From NCBI RefSeq assembly GCF_018350175.1, contig NC_058368.1, forward strand, positions 110,734,001 to 110,798,000: a DNA stretch of 64,000 bases. Reading direction: 5' to 3'. A program made the translations under genes and the position numbers. This DNA comes from Felis catus (Eukaryota). The notes under the pieces were generated by a model that saw nothing but the letters and a program-made list of their open reading frames with translations, ran no database searches and was not told the DNA's origin. Below are positions 22,728-34,300 of this stretch, piece after piece; position 1 is the first letter of the stretch; each line of letters opens with the position of its first letter.

Positions 22728-25047
22728 AAAAGAATGAGGTGGGTTTACATACAATGATGTGCAATGATGCTGTTACAAAGATCTTCAAAATGTACTGTTA
22801 AGTGGAAAAAGAAGTTGCTTAATAATACACAGAACTCAGATTCATGTTTAAAAAAAACAGTACACCAAACAAACTACCTATCCTCGTTATCTGTATACAC
22901 ATAAATGAAAAATGCATTGAAAAGACTGGAAGAAGACCCACCCAGCGGGTAACTGCCAGGCTGGGTACTGGGATGGGAGAACCTTCACTTTAACCATGTT
23001 TCCCCCAGCCCTCAATGTCTGTATTACTTACATCAGTAAAAGTCAATTTTAAAGAATCAATAAAAACTTTGAGGGGCACCTGGCTGGCTCCATCGGTATA
23101 GCATGTGACTCTTGATCTCGGGGTTGTGAGTTCAAGCCCCATGTTGGGGCATAGAGCTACTTTAAACAATTTTTTTTTAACTTTGAAATTAAATCTGATT
23201 TGAAAAAGGAAGTCAAACCGAGAAGCAAGCATGCAGGGGTGGGGGTGTCCTGCAACCCGATGTCAGGCAAAGAACTTGGGTGGGAGTCAGGTGCCAGAGT
23301 TCTGACGCCAGCTCAGGAACGCCAGGTCATTCTGAGAAGAGAGAAGTGCTGAGTAGTGTGAGTGGAAGGCAGGACGTTTTGTTGCCTGAGGGGCTGCTGG
23401 TCAGGCCAAATCAGTTTCACCTAGAAGGTGATTGTAGCAGCCTTACCCCTTCAGCTCCTGGTTCCCCCAAACCCACCTCCATCACTCCGTGGTGGGAAGA
23501 CTGTTAGTTCCCTTTTCCGAAGAGCACTTGGAGTTTAAAAAAGAAATTAGGGAAGAAGGATGCTTACCCCACCCTGCAAAGAATCATGTGATAATGGAGG
23601 GAACTCCAAGCAGGTAAGCGGAGATCTGGTATTTGATCATTCTCACATAAGCTGTGAAAACATCCACCAGGAAGCCTTGTTTTCCATGCAAAGCTAGATG
23701 GAGCAAACAGAACAGTCATGGATGTTGTGGTGACTGTCCCCAGAGGCCAGACCAAGCCCTTGCCCTCTTCTCCAGATCACCTGTCACCTTGCACTATTGA
23801 CAGTGCAACTCCTCCAGCTTTCCTTCCTTTCAACAGATCTCAGAACCTTTACACACACTGTGTCCTTGGCCTGCAATGCTTTCTCCCGAAACTCCCATTC
23901 ACCAAGATAACTCCTTTGTAGGCTTTAGATCTCTGCTGAACGGTCACTTCTTGCAAAGTCCTTCCTGAGTCCCCAAGACGAGGTCATTTCATTTCCTGCT
24001 GAAGTCAGCACTTACTTTAGTCTTTTTGTGTGTGTGTGTGTGTGACCTCTAAGCCCAATGTGGGGCTCAAACTCATGATCTGAGCTCAAGAGCCTCATGT
24101 TCTACTGACTAAGCCAGCCAGGCACCCAGCCTTCATTTTAGTCTTGGAAATCTCTTTTGTTCGTAGCACATGTTGCAATGATACGTTTATGTGTGCCTCA
24201 TATTTGTTCTATGTGCATTTCCCCATTTTCCCTACTTGGTCCTGAGCCTTGGGCAGGCAAGGCTGAATCAGCTTTGCTCATCGCTCTCTCCCCAGCACCC
24301 AGAACAGACTGCTACCTGGTGGATTCCACTCCAAGGAAGATCCATGGTGTATGGGAGGGTCTCCATGCCCAGGCTGAGAATTCTTACACTATGGCAGCCT
24401 TCACAGGACTCACGACGTGCCCTTCCTTCCATGTTGGCGGTGTGCCTCTAGTTGTGTGGCAGAGAGCTGAACCAAATAGCCTCTAGGGGCGTCATCTCAT
24501 CTAAGGACACAAGGCCATTAGGTACCGGAGGCTAAAGAAGAAGCAGGAAAGACAAGAGAATCAGGTTGTCTTAAAGAAATGTCAATCTGCCCACTCTTAG
24601 CCCAATCAGGGCCTATGGGGTTACCTAACTGTTCTGGGGGGAGGTCTGACTTGATGGCCAGATAATAATTATTACTGATTAGCACTCCCCTTATAAGTAA
24701 GCACTTGAAGTCTTTCTTCTTTCAAGAGATTAAACCTCCTTAGTCTCCCATTTGCCCGGGAAAGCCTCCCTTCTCTGGCATAGGAGGAAAACCTCAGCTT
24801 GGTCCGAAAAAATCAAAAACTCTAAATCCTTTCAATACACTCTTACTGAGTATCTACCATGTGCCAGACGCAGCCTTTACCCCCCTCACAGAGTTGATTC
24901 CTCATGAGGCAGGGATCTATGGCTCAGCCCCCTGTCCGGCCCTCCCCGCCTCATGACTGTACATCTCCTACCGTGCTGGAATGCCCATAGGCCTTTGCCT
25001 TCATCGTCGTCATCATCATCATCAAGACTAACATACAGCAGTAACCA

Positions 25048-25093
25048 ACTAACTAGCGCTAACGAGCACTAACTAATGCTAACTAGCACTAAC
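25048..25093. repeat. Degenerate 10-bp-period tandem repeat (RCTAACnAnn)
   Basis: RCTAAC recurs at 25048, 25058, 25068, 25078 and 25088. Confidence 0.8.
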
Positions 25094-27289
25094 AAAAAGC
25101 ATTTACTGTGTGTGCCCCTCTGCTTAAGAGCTTACACGTATTCCCTCATTTGTGAGGCAGATACTCCCCATTGCACAGATGAGAAAACTGAGGAGAGAGA
25201 AGCCTCCCCTTTGCCTTCCCAGGTCCCGTACAGCTGAGGACGGGGGCACCTGTTTCTCCAGGTTTCTCTAGAAATACTTTCTTTGGAGTTTGGCAAAAAT
25301 GGAATTTGGGTTGTCTGAGTGTTCCAGCATTGGCCACAGGTCAGATGTGCAGCTAAAGCTGGAGAAGGACATAAAAGGCATTCAGTGTCCGCAGAAAGTC
25401 CCCTGGAAAGAGACCCTTCCTCTTTAGCCCTGGCCCCTAATTATCAATGCCACAGGATGTGTTCCTTATAAAGCGAGCTGCATCAGGGAGTCTGGGAAAC
25501 AAGGGAGAGGTAGGGAGCCGCTGTCACATGTCAGCTGTTTCCAGACCTGTCAGATCCCCTGAGGTTATGAAAGGCACAGAAGTGGCAGTCCAAGCCCTCA
25601 GTCTGTGCTACACCCTCCTTGATGAGACAAGGCTGGGCTGGCCTGCAGACACAGGGCTAAATCAGAGCCCTGCCCTCAGAAGCTGGAGATATACACGGGT
25701 AGCACATGCAAAACCGAGCCATATGCACATGTGCAGCAGGGAAATCGACTCTCGCTCTCCCTCGGGAAAGGCAAAGGACTAGGGGAGTGGAGCAGGGCTC
25801 TGGGGTGACAGCTTTTGCAGTGGAACATCCAGGACAGGCAGGGACCTACTCAGAGCATGATGCGAAGCCTGGGGGGCCAGGCAGACTGAGGCTTGCTTAG
25901 GGAACCCCACATGAAGTGGCAGGGTAGCCTCAGCACACGGAGATCACTCTGGGGGCAAAAATGAGTCCTGAGAGATGGGAGGCCACCTTGGGCCTTGCAG
26001 GCCACAGTAGGGACTTGCGATTTACCACACAGGGTGTGCAAGATAGTAAGCAAAGAAAGTCCATTTGTGATGTGGTCCGTCAAGCATCTAGGAAGGATGG
26101 CTCTGGCCACTGTGTGGTCTGTGGGTGGAATGGGGCCAGGTAAGACAGAGAAGAGAGTGACAGCAACAGGCAAAGGGGGCCAGGAATCTGGATTCAAACC
26201 ATCACGGAAAGGATGGGGAGGAGGGGACGGAGTTTGGAAACACCAAAGAGGACGGACTTAGTGTCCACCTGAGGTGGGGAACGAGGGGGCAGAAAGCCAG
26301 AAAGCTGCCTGCAGTGTGTCTGCAGGTGAGCAAGGAGACGTGGTATTTGCTGGGTCAGGGACCTAGAAGGAGCTGCATTTGTTTGGGGACCTAGATCAGC
26401 TGAAGGCCCACTGTGTGCCTGACCAGACGTTCCCTTTGTTTACAAAGCCATACATGAACTAGGTCATTTTATCCCAGACTTTCCCAGGTGAGTAGCTCCT
26501 GGCCAAGGAATCTGCTGCTGGGGCCCCAAGAGCCACTGACACCCCAGATTTTCACCCCAAGAAACCTCCACAAGAGAGCCCAAAGGCCAGAAAAGAAAGA
26601 GAGAAATAAAGGCTGTTGTTGACATGAGAGGAAAAACCAGGCTTCCTGTTTGAACTCAGGCAGGTACTGGAAGCTGTGAGTAATGTCGAATCTTGGCCTG
26701 CTCCGAAGGCGGTCTGCGGTGGGGGCTTCTCACACTTGCTGTAGAGTGGCTTTGAATCACCCACTTGCAGGAGACCTGGGGCCCGGCCGAGGCAGGCGGT
26801 GTGTCAGGACTGCTGCATCCACACGGGCAGGCCGCAAGGGAGGCAACATCAACTTGCACTGCTTGCTACGGTCAGTTGTCCTGCATAAGGACCCAACACC
26901 AAATGCTGAGGGCTTCTCACATCTCGGTCCCCAGTGGCCTTGGTTCCTGCCGGCCACACACCATTCCCAGGTCCTTAGAGGCTGGGATGGGCCCCTTTGC
27001 CCCACCTGAGGTTAGACCACTGCAAGATGCCATGGGGCCTGGGGTTCACTCTGGACCAGGAAAGCTGGCCTGCACTGCACAAACTCACCGCGGGACCTAG
27101 GGCAGAGTCCTTGGCCTCTTCCACCCCCGGCCCCTGTCTGTACAGGGACCTCATATGGAAGTAAAATGTGCAAGCCATCTACAGAGGTAAAATACCAGAC
27201 GCTGGGCTAATGCCTTATGTCATGTGAGCCTCACAACAGCATTCCTGGGTCACAGACAAGCAAATCTTTCTATTCTAAAATGTACATAT

Positions 27290-28250
27290 TTTTCAGTGTC
27301 GATGAGGTATAGCTGAAGTATACGAAACTGTAGATATTTAAAGTATACAATTAAGTTCTGACATGTTTACACCCATGCAATCGTTACCACAATCATCATA
27401 ACAAACGGTCCCATCTCCCTCCAAGTTTCCCATGCCTGTCTGTAATCTATTCCTCCTTCCTTCCAACCCAGTCCCAGGCAACCTGTCCTGCTTGCTGACA
27501 ATATAGATTCCTTTACATTTCCTACAGTTTTCTATAAATCCAGTCATAGAGCATGTACTCTCTTGTCTGCATTTTCTCATTCAACAGAAAGGTTGTGAGA
27601 TTTAGCCACATTGTTACCTGTATCAACATTTAACTCCTTTTTTTTAATGTTTGTTTATTTTTGAGAGAGACAGAGACAGAACATGAGTCGGGGAGGAACA
27701 GAGAAAGAGAGACATAGAATTTAAAGCAAGCTCCAGGCTCTGAGCTGTCCGCACAGAGCCCGATGGTAGGCTCATGGACAGAACTGTGAGATCATGACTT
27801 GAGCTGCAGTCGGACGCTTAACCGACTGAGCCACCCAGGTGCCCCTACTTAACACCTTTGACTTGCTGAGTAGGATTCCATTGTATGGATGTACCACAAT
27901 TTGTTTATCCACTCCCTTATTGGTGGACATTCGGCTTGTTTCCAGTTTCTAGTTGTTACAAAATAAATCACTATAAGCATTTGAGTATACGTTATTGTGT
28001 GCATACGTTTTCACTTCTCTTTCATTTCTCTTGTAAAAGTGGTTTTACAGTCCCATCAACAGTACAGTTGATTCACATCCCCAGCAACACCCGACATGGT
28101 TAGTGTTGGGGTGTGTGTTTTTTTTCAGCCATTCTGATGGATATGGTAGTGGTATCTCACTGTGGTTATAATTTGCATTTCCCTAGTGACTAATGATGCT
28201 GAGCATTTTTTCACGTGCTTACCAGCCGTTTGTATATTTTCTTTTGTGAA
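27290..28250 (-). mobile_element. Old L1 (L1M) 3' region with a SINEC at ~27638-27846
   Basis: gtatggatgtaccacaatttgtttatcc..., gtatctcactgtggttataatttgcatttccctagtgactaatgatgctgagcat. Confidence 0.8.
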
Positions 28251-28924
28251 GGGCCTTTATAAATCTTAACATCTTTGAAACTGAGATGCATCTTACAGTT
28301 GATGGCTTACTATCCTTTAACTGGCGGTGAACATTTTTTCTTAGTTGTTAGGACATAAAATACGGTGCACCTTATGATAGATGGAGCCTTAGATTGATAA
28401 AATACATGAAGTCACTTGCCCTGGGTCACACAGTGGATGTGGGACAGAATATCTAACCCTGACCCTGTGCTTTAAAACAGCACATTATTCTACCCAGTTA
28501 GAAGAATCAGGACCAAGTGAGTGGTCAACGTGAGAAAAGCAAAATGGGTTATGCCCTGCACTACTATGCTGTAAGTGCTAGGCCCCAGAGCCCTGGGACA
28601 GTCAGTGTCCTGGCCTCGTGGGACCCACTGGAAAGAGAAGCAGCCCCCAGGTGTAGGCCCCGGCTGGCCTTGGCGCCTCTCAGCCCCACAATTCCTCACC
28701 ATCTGAGCCTTCACCTGACAAGGGGTTACCAAGACTCACCATGTGCCAGGCAGGTGTGTAGAGTAGATGGCACCTGCAGGCCTCAGGGCCCAGAGAGGGA
28801 GTCAAGAGAGATTCACGGAACACACACTGTGCAGACGCTCAAAGTGCTAAGATGGAGGGGTGGTCCCCAGCTGCCTTGTGAATGGGATAAAATCAGTGTT
28901 GTATGGTACCTTAGGGTCCGGAAT

Positions 28925-29045
28925 GGGTCTTTTAAGTCATAAGGTTCAATTCCTGGCTCCAGCCCTTACTAGCTGTGTGACCTCAGGCATGTGGCTTAAC
29001 CTTCTGTGCCTCAGTTTCCTCCCCTGCAAAATAAGGGATAAATGA
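28925..29045 (+). mobile_element. MIR SINE
   Basis: cttactagctgtgtgacctcaggcatgtggcttaaccttctgtgcctcagtttcctc. Confidence 0.75.
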
Positions 29046-29913
29046 TATGACCATGGGTCTTTCTATTCCTTTTACAAATCAATAAACAGGATTAAATAAG
29101 TAAGTGTATGTAGAGTGTTTGGCTCAAAGGAGGGCTCTTTGGTCTAGGCTTTAAGGATAGCTAGGAATTCAAGAACAAAGAGAAACGAGGGAATCAATCC
29201 CTGGATGGGAAACCTGTTTGATCCAAGGCAGGGCACGTGGACACATAAGAAAAGGACTGAGGTGGGAAGAGTCAGCTGGAGCAGGGATTCCTCTGCCTCT
29301 GCCTTGGAAAGACCCTACCAGCTGCCTCAGAGAGCATCGCCTGAAATGCTGTCAGGTGTTCAGTGGGTGGCTGAGGGTCTGGCAGTAGAGACGCACATTG
29401 CAAGGACGCACAGAGGGCCAGGAACTCAAAGGCAGATCCAAGAAGCACACTGGCCTGCCTCTTCATTCCTCCGGGGATCCCTTACCAAAGTGCTGCACCT
29501 CAATTTCTCCATCTCTCAAATAATGATATAAAAATATGGCATGCCCACCTGCCCACCACACAGGGCTGTGGCTGAGATCAAATGAGTTGCTGAAAGACAT
29601 GTGAAAGTGCCTCGAAGCCGGGAAGATGCTGTGCTTATGCAAATCCAGGGCAAGTCACAGAATCACAACGCCAACTGCCATGCGGTGGGGCAGGGACCCT
29701 AGAGAGCTTTTCCTAGGACACCCGTGCTTTCCTGACCAGGAAAGTGAGGCCCAGAGAGGTAAAGTAACTCACCTAAAGTCACACAGCTGGTAAGCCAGAT
29801 TCGAGCCTCAGTTCGATCCAAGCCAGGCCGAATCCCTCTGGCTCCCAAGCCAGGTGTTTCTGTGATCTCTGGGATCCCTGGGCACAAGGCAAAGCTAAAA
29901 ATGAAATTGAGAC

Positions 29914-30110
29914 GGGGCACCTGGGTGGCTCAGTCGGTTAAGTGTCCAACTGTAGCTCAGGTCGTGGTCTTATAGTTTGTGAGTTCAAGCCCGGCAACAG
30001 GCTCTCTGCTGTTAGCACTGGGCCCACTTCGGATCCTCCGTCACCCTCTCTCTGCACCTTCCCTGCTCTCTCTGTTTCTCAAATAAAAATAAACATAAAA
30101 AAATAAAAAC
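29914..30110 (+). mobile_element. Carnivore SINEC
   Basis: Head and tail; TSD aaaatgaa(a/g)ttgaga. Confidence 0.87.
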
Positions 30111-30959
30111 AAAAATGAAGTTGAGAGCCAAGATGGTCTCTTCTAAGAGACTTGGGAAGCCACTGATTCCTCACAAAGTTTAGAGGTCTTGAAAATGCCT
30201 GTTCTTTGCAGACACCATCACGAGACCTCCACTGAAAAGCCCCTCCTTTGGCCTTGGGGTATTTTCTGCATTTGCCTCCCTAGTCACTCTTACTTCATCT
30301 GTAAAATGGGCACAGTATGACACTTACTGTGGTTTGTGCTGGCCGCCATGTTGATATCAACCTTCTTCACCAGGAGAGGAGATAAGGGATAGGAAGTTGC
30401 TTTGAAAAACCAACCAAGGCTTACACAAGGGTCTGTTTCTATCGTGATGTAATGACTCCAGGTGTGGGCAGTCCTTGGTAGATGCCAAATATTGATAAAC
30501 TAACAGAAGAAGTCAAATTGAATGGCAGGAGACACCGTGGCTGATGAATCCAGAACCTCAGGACCTCCCCAGGAGCATGCAGACATTCCCAAACCCTCTG
30601 GGCCACTTAACACAGCCTCACGGAATCTTTGCAATTAAGGAAAATTGATGGGCATGTATGTGCAGATTCTTGGCAACTTTTGTAGAGGGAAATAGCTCTT
30701 TCTAGGACTTGCCCCCCGCCATTTCTCCTCTCATAAAACCCCCTTCTGATCAGTGCCTGATTCTTTTTTCTTTCCTCTCTTCCCTCCTTCCATCTTTCCT
30801 TCTTTCTTTCTTTCTGCATAATCTCCAATACATGCAGCAGAGAGAAGAACTCATACTCAGCACATTCCTATCCCACTTCTCATAAGTTCAGGCACCTGAT
30901 TTTCCCTTGTGACGCGCATCCTAATGGTGAGCACGAGGTACAGTGAGTGGTTTTGAAGG

Positions 30960-31390
30960 CAGCTCCTTATCATGGAGCGTTATCTGAGCCATCAAAGTAC
31001 ACTTTAAGAAAAAAAGCAGTTTCACCATCAAACTTGAAGGTTTGACTGTTAAAAGGAAGAGCCGGGACAAAGCGACCACAGCTTTTATCGCACATTTACG
31101 AGGGCGGCATGCGGTGGGAATACTATATATTTTGGGCCTGCTGCTGAGAATACCTCCATGGGCTTTGAACAAAAAACAAACCATGCTATGGAAATTGCCG
31201 GTAATTGTCTTTACCTACAGTTTCAGAGGGCGCACACCCGGCCTTGCGGTTGTGGGCGCCGTTTCATGCTGGGGTTCGCGTCCCCAGCTCTGCTTGGCAC
31301 AAAGAGAGTGGAACAGATCAGGGCCTCAGATCTATGCGCACCTGTGGTCGCTGCAAGGAGGCGAGGCGGACTGCCGCTAGATAAGGCAAC
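30960..31390. promoter_or_regulatory. Candidate distal TCF7 T-lineage enhancer (~30.5 kb upstream of the ATG)
   Basis: Repeat-free, CpG-retaining segment with clustered GATA, TCF, RUNX, RBPJ, NFAT and E-box motifs. Confidence 0.6.
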
Positions 31391-34300
31391 AATGGAAAGT
31401 TTCTCACCTGAAAGGTCCGAGGAAGAGCCCGGAGGCCTGGGTGCTTTGGGGAGAGTCATCTGCCCCCAGAAACAAGGAAGAGGAGGAAGCCAGCTCCCAG
31501 AGCCCAGCCCCCTCCCTCCCAGGAACCACCCCCCACACACAGAATTTATTTTCTTACATGGTTTCTTCAACACCAACATTGAGGGATTCCTTTTACCTTT
31601 GAAAGGCAATACCTGCCTTCATCTATCAATAGTTCTCCTTGAAGAAAATAAACAGAGTGAACAGAACTTTGAAGATCAGAGATTTGTTTTTCAAAAAGCA
31701 TGCATGCTCTATAGATCTGCCCTTCATTAACAGTGAAGGTACGCCAGGGTGTCCCTCAGAGACAGCTGATACTGTCAGGGCGGATTGCTGCCAGAAGCTA
31801 CTGGATGGCCATCCCCAGAGGTCCTCTGGTCCATTTACTTGGCCTGCGGGCACTTCCAGAGTGGCCCGGGGACCCCACAGAAGGGGCCCCACAACTCCTG
31901 AGCTTCCAGGCTCTCTGAGGGTCAGGCAGCCGCCCTGGCCTGAGACCCCAGGGGTGCCAAGGAAGGTCTGCGCCTGAGCCAGTCTGGGTGGGACACTGAG
32001 GAGGGGGCTGACCACAGGCACGGGGACCCTTGGAGAAAAGTGTGTTGGAGAGAAGAGGCAACCTGGGGAAGGCAGTGAGGGCTATGTTCCGTCATTTCAT
32101 TCGCTCTGCTTTTGTTGTCTTGACCTTTTTTATTGTGATAACACATTCAGAAAAGGACACAAAGCATAAATGTACAGCATAAGGAGTTTGAGTGAACACT
32201 CCAGTAGCCCCTCTAGGATCAAGAACTAGCAGGTGGCCTGCCCTGGGAATCACGCCCCTTGCCCCGCCCGACCCCGTCCCTTCTCTCCTCAGCAAAGCTC
32301 ACCACTCTATCCCAGATTTTAGGACAAACCCTTCCAACTTTACTTTTATCCCCCAAGCATACCTCCTGTAACATTGGAGAAGAGTTCATTTTGCCTGGTT
32401 TTGAACTTTATGTGAATGGAATCAATCATACGTATTCTTTCAGTTTGTCTCGATCGACACCACGTGTTTGAGACCCATCCATGTTGTTGCACGCAGCTTG
32501 GGCTCATCATCATCGCTGCAGCCTACCTCCTGGTCTGCTCTGGTGCACTGCCTCCCGATTTGCAAGAAGCAATGCATGGGGGAGCCCAGAGTCATCGCTC
32601 CCTTGAACTAGCCTGTGGCGCCAGCCTATTGGGAGTTTGCCCAGATTCAGTCGTCTCCAGCTGGCTTCGCTCTGTGGGGACAGGCAAGGACAAAGAGCAG
32701 TGTGCTCCCCACTTCCTCCGCAGAGCTTCGCATGGAGGCACACCGGAGGCTGTGAAGACTCACAACAGAGGTCTGCCCCGGCCTCGGCACAGACGCCTGG
32801 CAAGGGCAGTGATCCACGGCTGGCCTGCCACCTCTGAAACCCAGCTGGGCACGGGAAACCAACAATAAACCAAAGCACATCCCAAATGAGAAGCAGGTGG
32901 CTTCCTGGGACCAGATTGCTTAACATTCCGTCCTCTTGGTTTACCCCTTCTCCAATGTGGTTCCCATTTGAAGGAGTCTGAGCCTTTGGAGCCCAGAACC
33001 CATATGAAAAATGATATAAATTATAGCTCACCATCCCAGCCTGGCTGTTTGGGAGTTTGGCATAAACATTAAGGAAAGGGCCACCCTGATTATAAGGTAG
33101 AGGCACTGGGGAGGGTGGGGAGGGCCGGGCAGCCCCCCAGTGTGTGTTTCTCTGTTCCCCTCTCAGTGCAGGGCTTAGCCAGTTCACCTCTCCCAGGCGC
33201 CTTTGAAAATGAGGTTCAGTAGGAGTTGATGAGGCCGGCTCCGAAGTGCTGGGAGCACGGGCAGGTCGCCTCCTGTCTCCTGCCCTGCCTCCCCAAATAC
33301 CCCTCATTCAGGCCCAGCTGGTTTCTACCTCTCGGCCTTTGCCCAAGCAGTCCTCCCACCTACCCAAGTTTAACCCTTCCCATGCCCCGGGAGCTATTCT
33401 CATTCTCCACAGACTATTCCTGGACACTTGGTGCAGAGAGCCACTGATGTCCTGCTCCCAAATGCCTGGCATCACTCCTCCCCCTTCCCTGAACGGCACC
33501 AATTAGCTCTGATTGCAGAATACATGCATTGTTCTCTAACGGTTCCGTGTGTGCACATCCTAAACCCCCAGATGGGAGTGGGGGTGGGGTGGACATTGGC
33601 CAAGCCCCTGCTCCTCTCTGGGCCTCAGCGTTCCCGACTCTGAAAGGAGGAGATGGAACCAGAGGTCTCACAGCCCCCAGCCTGCACACCCCCCTCCCCG
33701 TCCCCCCCTCCCCCCCGCAACTATATGGCCTGGGGGCTCTGGTCTTCAGGACAGCTAGGCCTGCCACCCTTAGCCTCCACCTCTGGGTCCTCCGCCAGGA
33801 GACCCATTCCCACCGAGCCTCAGCTAAAGGTGGGAGCACAAGGTGGGAGCCCTGGGCCTCCACTCCCAGCCACACCCCCTGCCACTGAAAGGCAGTGCTG
33901 GGGCAAACATCCTAAACCACTGAGTACTTCTAAAAATACGGTGTTTTTGTCAGAGAGCAACCTTCCACTTCCTTCAGACTTTGATCCCCATGCAACCCAC
34001 AGAGGAGAAGACACACTTACAATAACAGTTTCCAGCTTTCATCTTCCTTCGGGGGCTACCTCTCAAGGGCTTTGAACCCCCAACTGCATGGTGGTACCCC
34101 ATGGCCCTTCTGAGCATGCTCAGATGCATCTGCCCTTGGCTGGGGGATGGGAGACTAACACTTCTGTTCCCTAGGTGGGTCTGTGCTCAGGGAGAAAAGT
34201 CCAGGTCAGAGAGGTTGCCGGGGCACAAACTGGCCATGGAACCTTATGCAAGTTTACAAGGCCCTTTACTGTCTAAAATCTGGAGAGAAAATTAATGCTA

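Noticed and set aside
31158..31730. 190-aa + strand ORF
   Set aside because: No recognisable protein features; it overlaps a putative enhancer.
32510..33307. 265-aa minus-strand ORF
   Set aside because: Random-looking composition, no family resemblance and no exon structure.
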